Part shown: positions 1-13,206 of the stretch, piece by piece
How the letters are laid out: the number at the start of each line of letters is the position of its first letter
Numbering within the stretch: the first letter of the stretch is position 1
Origin: Octopus sinensis
Taxonomy: Eukaryota
Reading direction: 5' to 3'
NCBI RefSeq assembly: GCF_006345805.1
Contig: NC_043005.1
Span: 8,618,001 to 8,682,000, forward strand
Length of the DNA stretch: 64,000 nt
Notes under the pieces: model-generated
Told to the model about the DNA's origin: nothing
The model's input: the letters and a program-made list of their open reading frames with translations, nothing else
Database searches by the model: none
Made by a program: the position numbers and the translations under genes

Positions 1-40
1 GGGACAGTAAAACATCCAAATAGACGATACAAAGAAAACA

Positions 41-464
41 AGGACGGGTCATTCGGATATCTCTTTCCTCAGACGAGTTCCAGATTATCTTTGCAATTTC
101 GGCTGGCTATACTCCAATCTGGCCAGCCTCAAGGAGAACTAAGCTAAGCGCATTAGATTCCTTGGAGGAAAGCAGCGAATGTATACGAAAACAAGGACGG
201 AAAAACCGCCAGCTTTATTTAATTCATCCTTAATCGAAAGACACCTGTTGTTATGTCCTGTTATTTGTATTTGTGTAACTATCACCGTTTTTTCGGTCCT
301 TGTTTTCGTGTACATTCACTTCTTTCTTCCAAGGAATCTAAAGCTTTTACCTTAGTTTTTATTTGGGGCGGGCCAGATTAGAGCAATCTCGAGTATAACA
401 AGCCGAAGTTACAAAGATAATCTGGAACTCGACTGAGGAACGAAAACTGCGAATAACCCGTCCT
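41..464. mobile_element. Inverted-repeat element, arms about 41-124 and 371-464, abutting a (TA)n array
   Basis: ctcagacgagttccagattatctttg (left) is the near reverse complement of caaagataatctggaactcgactgag (right); aggacggg/cccgtcct close the outer ends. Confidence 0.6.
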
Positions 465-525
465 TTTTTCATTATATATATATATATATATATATATATA
501 GCGGCGTACGTACACTTTGGTCTAC

Positions 526-569
<44 letters not shown>

Positions 570-1041
570 AACACATACACACATATATATAGATAGAGAG
601 AGAGGGAAAGAGAGTAAAATAAGGATTCAAATAGAATCGGGTACTTGAAAAGACATGGACGAGGTAGGGATCGATAAACCTGTGGTCTCGGCCTATGGTT
701 GATAAATAACAAGAAAGATATTCCTGTTGAGTACACAGAGAAAACCAACTCTATTGTGTGAGCTGAGAAAACCAATAATAGAGAAAACCAACTCTATTAT
801 GTAGCGTCTAGGGGCTTGTCTAAAGTATGTTTTACGTTAAATTGTACATTGTTGGTATACTCTAGGGTGTCCGACAAGCCGTAAATCCCACTGGAGTATT
901 GTAATTAAATAAATAATAACGGAAGACGGATAATTGTCAGCTGAATGCAGCTATTTCTTGTGCATTTTTTAGTAGAAGGATGAGAACATTACTTCATTAG
1001 AAAAGCTCATAATTATTAATTGAAACATAATTACACAAACA

Positions 1042-1476
1042 AAGGCAGCGAGCTGGCAGAACCGTTAGCACGCCGGGCGAAATGCTTAGCGGTATTTCGT
1101 CTGCCGCTACGTTCTGAGTTCGACTTTGCCTTTCATACTTTCGGGGTCGATAAATTAAGTACCAGTTACGCACTGGGGTCGATTTAAACTACTTAATATC
1201 TTTGTCTGTCTTTGTTTGTCCCCTCTATGTTTAGCCCCTTGTGGGTAATAAAGAAATAAGAACCGTTAGCACGCCGGGCGAAATGCGTAGCCGTATTTCG
1301 TCTGCCGTTACGTTCTGAGTTCAAATTCCGCGGAGGTCGACTTTACCTTTCATCCTTTCGGGGTCGATAAATTAAGTACCAGTTACGCACTGGGGTCGAT
1401 GTAATCGTCTTAATCCATTTGTCTGTCCTTGTTTGCACCTTCTATGTTTAGCCCCTTGTGGGTAATAAGGAAACAT
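1042..1476 (+). mobile_element. tRNA-derived SINE family C, head-to-tail dimer; central domain resembles Meta/MESC-type SINEs
   Basis: Two units of gttagcacgccgggcgaaatg...ggtcgactttrcctttcatcctttcggggtcgataaattaagtacc...gccccttgtgggt; 15-bp TSD ataattacacaaaca at 1027-1041 and 1477-1491. Confidence 0.85.
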
Positions 1477-1499
1477 ATAATTACACAAACATAAGAATA

Positions 1500-1880
1500 T
1501 CCCAAGAATACAGCAGGGACATGGTTCAAATCTGTTGTGGCTACACCCACATACACACGCATACATATATACACACATACACACACATAAACACACATGC
1601 ACTCACACATACACACATACGCACTTATGCACACACATACACACACATGCACACACATACACATACACCCATACACACATGCACACACACACAAACATAC
1701 ACACAAGCATACATACACTGACACACACACATACACACAGACACACATACTCGAACACATATACATACAGACACACATACACAGACATAAACACACGCAC
1801 ATGCACACACATACACACACATGTACACACATGCAGACACATGCACACATATACAGACACATACAGTCACAAACCCACAC
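1500..1880. repeat. Degenerate (CA)n/(CATA)n microsatellite
   Basis: Seen directly; source of the His/Thr and Val/Cys ORFs. Confidence 0.95.
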
Positions 1881-2278
1881 ATCTTTATATATAAAAGTGA
1901 GGTTGTGTGCTGTCTGTCTCCTACGATTTAGATTCCTAACTACTCCCACATTTTGCTGTGCAGTTTAACCAAAACCGGGTATCTTATAGTCGTGATACAT
2001 ATCGAGCCCTTCTGGGTATTAGCGCGCGTCTACGGTGAGTCTATGATTTAAAAAAAAATTACCATCAATTTTTCCCATTTTAATGCATTTTTGGCATATA
2101 TAAGGGAAGTAACTCTCTAAAAATGTATTATTAAATCTCAGAACGTAAAAAGCTACAGTAACACCCCCCTCCTTCGTGGTTAGCCATATCGAGATGACTA
2201 TTATACTTCACATCTCTAAAAATGCTTATATAGTTATTTCCCTTACAAACCCGAGCAACGCCGGGCGATACTGCTAGT
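1881..2278 (-). mobile_element. Non-autonomous Helitron-like element (Lep1/HINE-like), family D
   Basis: Minus strand starts actagcagtatcgcccggcgttgctcgg and ends acttttatatataaagat; near-identical copy at 60228-60623. Confidence 0.7.
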
Positions 2279-2643
2279 ATATATATATGTACGCAGGCGT
2301 GATTGTGTGGAAACAAGTTTATATTCTACCCTTCGGTTTCAATTCAGTCTCACTACCTGCCACCCCAGGGAAGTGTCTTCTATTATAGCCCCAGGCCGAC
2401 CAAAGCCTATTATGTGCCACTGGGTATGTGATTGTCCTACACTACTACATGGGAACCAGTATTAGTTTCTTTATGGTTTCTTAACTTAGTAATTCGGCAA
2501 AGGAGACGAGAGAGTAATCACCGGGATTAATAGTATAAGTGTTGTGGTCAATTTCTTCGTTTAAATCTTTCAAGGCGGTGAATTACTCACAGTATAGCAG
2601 AAAAAAACTAAACACATTGTGAAAGAAAAAAACAACAATACAT

Positions 2644-2808
2644 AGGCGTCGGAGTGGTGAGTAGCTTGCTTACGAAACACATGGTTTCAGGTTCAGTCCC
2701 ACTGCGAGGTATCTTGGGCAAGTGTCTTCTGCTATAATCTCGGGCCGACCAAAGCCTTTTGAGTGGATTTGGTAGACGGAAACTGAAAGAAGCCCGTCGT
2801 GTATATAC

Positions 2809-2864
<56 letters not shown>

Positions 2865-3130
2865 CACATATACATATATATATATATACATACATATATA
2901 TATATATATACATATTTATATGTTTGTGTGTGTGTGTGTATATCCCCCCAACATCGCTTGACAACCGATGGTGGTGTGTTTATGTCCCCGTAACTTAGCG
3001 GTACCGCGAAAGATACCGATAGATTAAGTACTAGGATTACAAAGAATACGTCCTGGGGTCGATTTGGTCAACTAAAGGCGGTGCTCTAGCATGGCCATAG
3101 TCAACTGACTGAAACAAGTAAAAGAGTAAG
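2644..3130 (+). mobile_element. tRNA-derived SINE family B (CORE-like) with internal microsatellite
   Basis: tRNA-like head, cttgggcaagtgtcttct CORE-like block, internal (TA)n/(TG)n, tail gaaacaagtaaaagagtaa; many homologous copies in the window. Confidence 0.85.
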
Positions 3131-3225
3131 AAAAAAACAATGTAATGAATACAAACCAATCTTCACTCTGTTGTGAAGCGAGAATACACAATAGAAAATG
3201 TTATAACTGTTTTCTTCAGGAAGAA

Positions 3226-3596
3226 ATCTTTACATATAAAAGTAAGGTTGTGTGTCTGTCTCCTACGATTTAGATTCCTAACTACTCCCACATTTTGCGG
3301 TGCAGTTTAACCAAAACCAGGTATCTCATAGTCGTGATTCATATCGAGCCCTTCTGGTTATTAGCGCGCGTCTACGATGAGTCTACGATTTAAAAAAAAA
3401 TTACCATCATTTTTTTCTATTTTAATGCATTTTTTCGCTATTATATAAGGGAAGTAACTTTCTAAAAATGTCTACGATGAGTCAACGATTTATAAAAAAT
3501 TACCATCATTTTGTTTCCATTTTTAATGCATTTTTGGCTATTTTTTGGCTATAACTCTCTAAAAATGCTTGAGCAACGCCGGGCAATACTGCTAGT
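3226..3596 (-). mobile_element. Helitron-like family D copy with internal duplication
   Basis: Same termini as 1881-2278; block ctacgatgagt..cgattt..aaaaaattaccatcatttt duplicated. Confidence 0.7.
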
Positions 3597-3969
3597 TATT
3601 TATAATGAAGGGAGTAATAATAAATTATATGCCCCTCGTGATCTCCCCAAATGTTCTGCTATTATCTCAAGACCAATAAACTTAATAGACTTTTAAATAC
3701 GTAAAGATTAAAACGATACTAATTATATATTAATACTTGTTTCTGACACAAGCAGAACATTATTGATGGGAGGGCTAAGTCACTACTATTGACAGCAGTA
3801 CATGACTGGTACCATATTTTATCAGCCTTGAACCGATGAAAGCCAATGTTAATCTCGGTGCCATTTGAATTTGGAACATAGGGAACTAGAAGGATTACAC
3901 AAGTGCATTTTTCCCGTTGCTCTCACGACTCTGCCAGAGGGAAACTGAAAGAAGCCCATCGTATATATA

Positions 3970-4542
3970 TTGGGTTGTCTGGAAAGTTCGTGCCTATTTT
4001 TAAATGAAAGTAAACGGTCAATAAATACTTGCCATTACCCAAGATTTACCAGGTGCTCATGAACTACGGATTTTGGTAAGTTGAGGCTTTCTGCCAATTC
4101 TCGGGTGGTGCAATATGGGTTATTCTCAATTCATGACTTGATTTGGTCATCATCTGTAGCGGATGGTGTGCCTGATTGCTTTTATCAATAAGGCTACAAT
4201 CTCCAGCTCGGAACCTTGCTAACCACTTCCGTACCGTTCTTTCGGATAAAGAAATATTACTGTAAACTGCGCATATTTCTTTGGTTGCTTGTGAGGTATT
4301 TTTACCTTTACGGAAAAAGAAAAGCATCAAGTGCCGAATATGAACTTTCTTATCTTCCAATTTGAAGGGTTACAGAATGAACACAGGTTATAGGAACATA
4401 AACCTTCTTCCACGAAAAGATAGCATAAACTGTGCTCTACGTGGAGGTGTAGTCAAATCCTATTTTATGGACTCAACAATGTTCTAAAATAAGTCGAAAG
4501 GTAAGCTACTATAAATCGGCACGAAATTTCCGGACAACCCAA
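3970..4542 (-). mobile_element. Internally deleted mariner with both TIRs and TA TSD; transposase N-terminal HTH at 4064-4360
   Basis: TIRs ttgggttgtctggaaagttcgtgcc and ggcacgaaatttccggacaacccaa flanked by TA; MEDKKVHIRHLMLFFFRKGKNTSQATKEICAVY...WLARFRAGD is a mariner N-terminus. Confidence 0.92.
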
Positions 4543-5204
4543 TATATACGTGTATATTTATGTGAGCGTGTGTTTGTAAATTTGCTAAATGTGTACTATA
4601 CTAAATTAATCACTGATAGACTCAAGAAAACTACATACAATCAAACAAACGTAAGTAGGATCGAACATACGCGCACACACACTCACACACACATACACAC
4701 ACGCAAATATACACATACCTACACACTCACACATGCATTTATAAAGAGAAAACCTGCATACATTAATACATAAATATATACATAAAGTAAAGGAAACAGA
4801 TTTGAAGGTTGGGAGACTTAGTTATTATTGATATAAGATTTATAATAATGATGCATATTTTAAATATCTACGTAAAATACTAATATTTCCTCCTTCAGTC
4901 AAATTACTGCTGTCAACTTCGGTGGAAAACTAGGATATAGGCTAGATTATTTCTGACAATGTTATTATGCTAAAATTGAAATGAGATCTGCATAATCTCC
5001 AGAATGTCGACTAAATGGTCAAGTCTCCAGGGTCCATATACGAAGCTAAGTGGAGTGAATCTGAGTCCTAATGGCATCATTATCATCATGGCAATTCAAT
5101 AACGTTCAACTTGATATCACTTGACATCGATGCATTCCTTCTGAAATATATGACGGGCAATGACTGCCGTGATTGATCAGACTATCTGACGATTGGACAT
5201 TTGC

Positions 5205-5500
5205 TTGTGTGTGTGTATGTATGTATGTATGTATGTATGTATGTATGTATGTATGTATGTATGTATGTACGTTTGATTGTTTATATATATGTGTGTGTGT
5301 ATGTATGTATGTATGTATGTATGTATGTATGTATGTATGTACGTTTGATTCTTTATATATGTGTGTATGTGTGTATGTATGTATGTATGTATGTATGTAT
5401 GTATGCATGTATGTATGTGTTACGTACGTATGTATGTATGTTTGATTGTTTATATATATATGTGTGTGTATGTATGTATATACAACTGTTTATATATGTG
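5205..5500. repeat. (TATG)n array punctuated by a repeated gtacgtttgattgtttatatatatgtgtg spacer
   Basis: Spacer recurs near 5267, 5339 and 5437. Confidence 0.85.
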
Positions 5501-5763
5501 TCTGTATGCATATATAAATGTGCGTGCTTGTGTTAGAGTGCATAATAAATATGTTTGTGCATACAAACGGGAGAGAAAGTACTCATTCCATGCAGTAGAG
5601 TCCATTTATTTATTCTAAGCTGCTGAATCAATCTATAATCAATATATGCCAAAGTTTTCTGCCACATTCAAGGAAACGTAACGGTGGAATGAATGAATTA
5701 AAATAAATATCTATACACACACTCACACATACACACATACATATACACATACAGGAATTTGGA

Positions 5764-6172
5764 TACTCTTTTACTCTTTTATTTGTTTCATCCTTTTGAC
5801 TGCGGCCATGCACCGCCTTTAGTCGAAGAAATCGACCCCAAGACTTATTCCTTGTAAGCTTCGTACGTATTCCTTCGGTCTCTTTTGCTGAACCGCTAAG
5901 CTACGGGGCTGTGAACTCAACAGCATCGGTTGTCAAGTGATGTTGGGGGACAAACACAGACGCACACACACACACACACACACAAGCACACACAAGCACA
6001 TATATATATACGACGGGATTCTTTCATTTTCCGCCTACCAAATCCACTCACAAGATTTGGTCTGCCTGAGGCTATATTAGAAGACAATTGTGCAAGATGC
6101 CACGCAGTAGGACTGAACGCGAAACCATGTGGCTGGTAAGCAAGCCATTTACCACACAGCCACCATGCGCCT
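5764..6172 (-). mobile_element. SINE family B
   Basis: Reverse-complement homologue of 2644-3130. Confidence 0.85.
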
Positions 6173-6895
6173 GATATCTAACAGAAATATTAAATATAAT
6201 CATTATTTTCATCCAAAATATTTAGGATAGAAATTCGTACCAGCTTACACAACTTACTGCTTTCACGCATACTTATAAATATGTATGGTTTTATATGTGG
6301 CTCTTCTTCAAAAGTTGTCTAGTATCTTTTAGGGTTAAGAGCGCCAGATCTGAACATTTCTAACCAATTTTCACTTATATGTAAGCCACTTTATTCGTTA
6401 ATGACTAAATTCTACTTAATATCGTAGCATGATATCAGCAGTTGTACCCTATTTGTTATCCTTTTCTGCCGGAAAATTATCTCGTAAGGGCATATTTTAT
6501 TCTGTTTCCTTTATACGAGTATACATTTGCAGTATTTTTGTCTCTATTTTAGGGGCATAAATATTTAATCCAGTCATCTGGTAAAATACTCAGTTTCTCT
6601 ATAATAAAACGCGTTTCCTATGCAGATTTATTCATATTTTACATTACCTGTATTTTCACGCCTCATCTCATTTCCATCTTTCATTTTAAGGTTCATTAAT
6701 GAACCTTGTCTAACGTATTGTATCACCATCCAAGCAAAACATGTTCTCATATTTTAATACTTCCTAAGTGTTCCATTATATATACACACACACGTATATA
6801 TATACACACACACATAATTCATATATATATACATACATAAATTTATATATGTGTATATATAGGTATATATCGATGTATGTATATGTATAAGTATA

Positions 6896-6933
<38 letters not shown>

Positions 6934-7093
6934 CGTATATAGATATATGTATGAATGTATGTATGCATTTAATGTATCTTTCTATCTATTTCAATCTCTC
7001 TCTCTCTCTGTATATGTATGTATATGTATGTATATGTATATATATATATATAATATATATACGCACACACACACACATACACACACACACATA

Positions 7094-7131
<38 letters not shown>

Positions 7132-7750
7132 CATACATATATACATATATGTGTGTTTGTGTGTATGCATGCATGTATGGTTATGTTGACGCAATCTGAG
7201 GAGATGCTGATTAGTGACCACCAAAGACATAGGAGAACTGTTGGTTGGAGGTGCTGGAGGCAATTGGTAAGTCCTGCGTGGATGATGTAAGCAATAGAAT
7301 GCCTTTTCACAAAACCTGTGTAATCTAAGAATGGATGTCAGACAATATTTACTTTTATTTAATATGAAACTTGTAGTCACCAAACTGGCCAGTTTTAAAT
7401 CTGACGAAATTCTATGCCCGAAGGATTGACAGAAGTGAGACAAATCGAGATATCCTAAAATTAAATATCTTCTCTGAAGGCCGCTATTTTCCTGTCGTAT
7501 CTGAAATGAATAAGAGTCACTTAGTGCAGATATGTGAAAGAATCCGCTCCCGAACTGAAGTAGCCACCGAAGCTGGAATAAGATTTATAAGATAATCTAA
7601 TAAGAAAGTTTCTGCAACAATTTTTAAACAAAATTCATTTGGTTTTCGCTAGTTTGTTGCTCTTATATCAAACTATCACAATTTTTCTCTCTCACTCTTG
7701 CTCCTTCTACATATACATATACTTACATGAGCACATATACAGAGTTAGAT

Positions 7751-8113
7751 GGATGTAAGCACTCCGTCGGTTACGACGACGAGGCTTCCGGTTGATCCGA
7801 TCAACGGAACAGCCTGCTCGTGAAATTAACGTGTAAGTGGCTGAGCACTCCACAAACACGTGTGCCTTTATCGTAGTTCTAGGGGATATTCAGCGTGACA
7901 CAGAGAGTGACAAGGCCGGCCCTTTGAAATACAGGTACAACAGAAACAGGAAGTAAGAGTGAAAGTTGTGGTGAAAGAGTACAGCAGGGATCACCACCAT
8001 CCCCTGCCGGAGCCTCGTGGAGTTTTAGGTGTTTTCGCTCAATAAACACTCACAACGCCCGGTCTGGGAATCGAAACCGCGATCCTACGCAATGTGGGCC
8101 ATTGCGCCTCCAC
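7751..8113 (-). mobile_element. tRNA-derived SINE family A
   Basis: Minus-strand head gtggaggcgcaatggcc, B-box-like ggtttcgattcc, tail gtaaccgacggagtgctt; TSD agagttagat at 7741-7750 and 8116-8125. Confidence 0.85.
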
Positions 8114-8743
8114 ATAGAGTTAGATACATACACACATATACAACATATGCATAATAAATATATTTTAGGTGAACGTATAATGGCGAATGTTAATTTAGGT
8201 GAACGGATAATGGGGAATGTTAATTTATATTTTCTCAAATTTGAGTAGAAGTTGATATATTCAACTTGAAAATAATTATCTCAATCACTTGTCTTATATG
8301 TAAATAAAGCATGATTTGTGCCGATATATATGAATGATGTATCATGCAGAGATAAACGCATATAATCTTTGCATATAAATGAATGAGAGAGACTGATCGA
8401 AATAGTGATGTCTACGTGTGTGTATATGTGCGTATTTGCGCGCCTCTGTATGTATGTATGTATGTATGTATGTATGTATGTATGTATGTATGTACGTATG
8501 TATGTATGTATGTATGTATGTATGTATGTATGTAGGTATGTATGTATATATGTATGTATGTATGTAGTGTGTAAGTGTATGCACATACATTGTATTTATA
8601 TTCAAAGATATGTTAATGAACTTATATATGTATACACGCATAAAATTATATTGTTTATGAAGGAAGTGAATATTATTATATGAAGGTATTTCTATGTACT
8701 TTACTGTGTTTTTCAGTGAACATGAATCTCGTAGCTATATTTT

Positions 8744-9134
8744 ACTAACAGTATCGCCCGGCGTTGCTCGGATTTGTTTCGACCCCTTATAATTGGCATT
8801 TTTGAAAAGTAAAAATTGTGCATTATGTAGCTTGTTATTCTCTTTAAGTGAACCTTTTTCTGGTTGAAATACGCCGAAAAATGGCGACACAGCAATCAAA
8901 AAGTCGTAAAAAATAGGGATTTTCATAGAAAACAAGCACCTTTTTCATGTTAATAATTTTTGGTGTTAACATGGTCCGATCTGAATTTTTTCTTCTACGG
9001 AAGGAAGAGCAAACCTTCTATCATTCTCTCAATTTTGGTCAACTTGTGCCGCAGGATCTCGGAGGAGATAATGTTAGTTGAAGGCTACCAAACCTGCCAT
9101 ACACAGACAACTTCAGCTTTATATAGAGAGAGAT
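8744..9134 (+). mobile_element. Helitron-like element, second subfamily with the family D 5' end
   Basis: Starts actaacagtatcgcccggcgttgctcgg; ends acacagacaacttcagctttatatagagagagat. Confidence 0.6.
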
Positions 9135-9648
9135 TTTCTCGTATGTAAATGTATATATACAAATAAACGTATGTATACAGTTATTGACCAAATCTTGATT
9201 ATGAAGACGCTTATCTCTAATCGGCACAAATTTATTTTCCTAATCGATACTTATCAATATTCTTCGCATTTAATTTCCTCCTCATTTGGTCTCCGTTTCA
9301 GAGTTCAGTCGTCTAAAGTTTCATCATTTATAACTCCTGTTACTTCCATCTTACCCATTCACTGAAATATGGTGTTCACTATTTTCACATTAACCTTGAA
9401 TAAAGGCAAAATTTCTTGTCTCTTCCGGGAAGGCAATTTGTCCAGGACTTCAAAAATACTTTGACCAGCAAAATACGAAAGATTAACATTTCAGGAAGAT
9501 TAACATTGTTCCAAAATTCAGAGTAGCATCGACTTCACAAGAATCACTATTTTAACAGTCAATCAATTAGTCAAACATTTAATCAATCATATGTATCTAT
9601 ATATACCTATGTGTATACACATATATACATACATACATACATACATAA

Positions 9649-9719
<71 letters not shown>

Positions 9720-9898
9720 GTGTATCTGTGTGTGTGTGTGTGTGTTAGCGACAGATGCAGTATTTGTTCAAATTAGCAATCTATATATATATATATGCCT
9801 TAAAATATATATAGTGTTCAATGCCTTCTAAGCTGCACCATTCACTTACAGACGTATATATATGAATATATATATATATATGTGAATATATATGTATG

Positions 9899-9961
<63 letters not shown>

Positions 9962-11439
9962 GAGTGTATTTATATCATACAGTAATATATATATGTTACT
10001 GTATAATTGTCGCTGCAGTTAAGCAAATTATAGGTCAAAAATTTATCGTACTCTTTCTGCATAGTTCAATGTCCTTTGGAAACTGGAGACAAATATTAAG
10101 GCAGGAACATGTGTCCACAACTGTTCTCTTATCCCTTGACAACAAGTGTGTCCTGTTCCTTAATAGCAGGGTAGCTTTAGCAAATTTCTACATTGTAGAG
10201 ATTACCTCCTCTTATAATTACATCGTGTAGCGATGGAAATAAATTTAATAAAACCAATCAATCAATCAGATAATTAATTGATCGATCAATCAACCTATCA
10301 ATCTATCTTTCTATTTTCCTATCTATTTTCTCCCTATCTGTGCGTCTGTTTGTTTGTCAGGCTATCTATCTGTATGTGTATATATATATATTATATATCA
10401 TATATAGTTTGCTTGTGTGTCAGTGAGAGTATATATATATCAGAGGTTTTTACAATATGAGCGCGTCATATGTGTATATGCATATGAATGAGAATGTGAG
10501 TGTATATGCTTGTATACATACGTAAATATGTATATACGTGTATGCGCGTGATGTTTGTATGTACACAAATTGGCAGAATACACACACAAGCATATATAGA
10601 CATGCATATCTGTGTTTGTGCATTTAAGCACGTGCATTGCCCTGTACGTATTGCAACTATATTGCCTAAACGCGTCTCTTTCCATGTATCACTGTTCACT
10701 GTGTACAGAAAATTCGTTAATATATTTACTAATTCCCAACTTCCAATCTCTAAGTAAATGTGGCATTTAATGAGCTAAAGATGGCGCCTAATCGTATCAT
10801 GCTCCATTTCTTCTTCATGCATATGTATGATAACCGATATGAGAGAAGGCTGACAAACTAGCAAAATAACCACATGTAAATGCTCGGCTTAAATGAGTTA
10901 CGACTGGATAGATCTGGTTTCCTAAAATGTTATCTGATATTGATTTGTATGACTGCAATTTTTTTCTTCGTTTTAATTGGAATATCCAGTTGTAAACACA
11001 TATAGGAAAACAAGCAAATAGGCTGAAAGATATCTTATTCAATACACATACTTAGAATTCCCACTATGACACACACACACATGCACATTGAAATACGGGC
11101 TACGTATACACATACATATTCTCATATGCATACGTAGAGGCACACACACATATATATGCATTCACATTTACGTTCTATGTATCTACAAATAACTACACAT
11201 TCATACTCACACTCTCCCTAACGCACACGTAATCGTACATGTCTTTCTCATATGCACAGTACACGACCTTGCACAAACAGAAACACACAGAGAAGAAACA
11301 CATCACATGGAAACCACCCGCACACTCACACACTCGCGCGCGTACTATCTCGGTTTTCCTCCTTTCTCAGTTATGTACAAATATTGAAAATTTAAAACAG
11401 TACGTTTGTTTACGAAGATGTATAATCTCAAAGAAACAC

Positions 11440-11537
11440 ACACACATACATACATACATACATACATACATACATACATACATACATACATACATACATA
11501 CATACATACACACATACATACATACATACATTCCTAC

Positions 11538-11568
<31 letters not shown>

Positions 11569-11713
11569 CATACATACATACATACATACATAATGCATAC
11601 ATACATACATACATACATACGTACATACATACATACATACATACATACATACATACATACATACATGCATACATACATACATACATACATACATACATAC
11701 ATACATACATACA

Positions 11714-11745
<32 letters not shown>
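11440..11745. repeat. Long (CATA)n microsatellite
   Basis: Seen directly. Confidence 0.97.
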
Positions 11746-11749
<4 letters not shown>

Positions 11750-12269
11750 CACGCTTGCTTATGCATCTGCATGTGCGTGAGAGTTTGTCTACTTTTATAT
11801 TTGCCCCGCAGTCCTGTCTGATTTGAAATTTTGTTTCTGCAATTCTATTGAATTACCCTGGTGGTAGTATTTTGGTATATTTGAAGAAGTGTAAAAGGAT
11901 CATATTCTAACATTGCTTTTATGGTGTGTTTTTGTAAGCCACAACATTATTTGTTGTCATCGAAATGCTTAGGCAACGAAGGCCTCATTTCCTTTCTATA
12001 GGGATTAACTAGATCTTTTAATACTACCTGCAAATTGTAAGTCCCAGTTCATATGTACTGGGAAAACTAATAAATTTCAAATTTAATTTGATACTCGATT
12101 AATAAATATGAAAGTTAGATAAAGCTGCTAATTCGTTATCAGCGTTGGTTGACAGTTTTTCATATGGAGTTTTAGTGATATCGTTACATATGAGGGGTCA
12201 CACCATTTTGGTCTTCATTATTTTGATGAAATTCATCGCAGGATAGTACATATATATATATATATATAT

Positions 12270-12479
12270 TTTATGTGACCTCGTGAGTACCACTGGCGAT
12301 TTTTTTTCCTCTGTCTTCCCTTCTCGGGATCTTTCCTTCTCCTATGTTTCCGACGAAGAGCTCCGCTCGAAACGTTAAACCCTCCTTCTTCCCTTCTTTC
12401 CTGAGCATCCAATAATACTTTATTTGTTCCACGTCCTCGCGTCGCTGTGTTTTTTTTTTGTGTTTTCTTGTTTGGATTA

Positions 12480-12485
<6 letters not shown>
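12270..12485 (+). mobile_element. Penelope-type terminal fragment between (TA)n arrays
   Basis: Contains a hammerhead-like motif related to the one at the 3' end of the neighbouring Penelope element. Confidence 0.5.
12346..12380 (+). ncRNA. Minimal type-I hammerhead-like ribozyme, U4C core variant
   Basis: gttt-CCGACGA-a-gagc(tcc)gctc-GAAA-CGT-T-aaac; helices I and II pair perfectly, ACGU palindrome. Confidence 0.55.
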
Positions 12486-12516
<31 letters not shown>

Positions 12517-12762
12517 CTTTGAGGAAACCATGGTACGCTTTGTTTACTGACTGTATAATCATCTTATAATCATCTCATAATAATGACTTTTATGACTCTT
12601 ATTACTACCTCAGTCCATCTAAATGTATATATTTGTCGTTACCTGTCATAAATAGCTTTTTTTATTTGCAATGTGCATTTTCGTTGATTTTTCATATTTT
12701 ACCCTTACATTTCCACGTGTATTTTATATTTTCTGTTTGTAACATATTTCTACTATATATAT

Positions 12763-12796
<34 letters not shown>

Positions 12797-12895
12797 ACGG
12801 GAAGCTTTATGAAAATAGACAAAAGACGAAGGCAGGTGGAAAACAAACAAACAATTGTATTAGTATGGCGCTCAGGAAATATAAATAAAACAAGT

Positions 12896-12931
12896 CTTTA
12901 ACGTTTCGAGCCTACGCTCTTCAACAGAAAG
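12896..12931 (-). ncRNA. Minimal type-I hammerhead-like ribozyme, A6U core variant, in the Penelope 3' terminus
   Basis: Minus strand cttt-CTGTTGA-a-gagc(gtag)gctc-GAAA-CGT-T-aaag. Confidence 0.6.
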
Positions 12932-13206
12932 ATACACAGAGAGAAAAAAACACAGAAAGAAGGAGAGAAAAAAATGCGTGCAGTAACTAACGAACCAACA
13001 TGGCGATCTGATTTCGGCCAGAAGTCAAAGATAAAACATGAGACGCGAGAGCGAAATTAGGGGAGATAATAGGGTTGAGTGACCAGCTCCAACATAAGGG
13101 TGTGTGTGTGTGTATGAGAGAGTATTAGTGCGTATGAGAGGTCTGGACGTGTGTATGTATAGGGTTGGTGTATGTATTAGTATGTATTAGTATGTATTAG
13201 TATGTA

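Noticed and set aside
85-145. ggctgg/ccagcc-GAAA stem on the minus strand
   Set aside because: Upstream core (tccttga) and U16.1 do not fit; at best a decayed remnant
1372-1968. His/Thr, Val/Cys and Tyr/Ile/Met-rich ORFs here and throughout the ORF track
   Set aside because: Translations of (CA)n, (TA)n and (TATG)n microsatellites; no coding evidence
10785-10795. YY1-like aagatggcg motif (also gccgccattt near 48472)
   Set aside because: Isolated short motifs with no supporting promoter context
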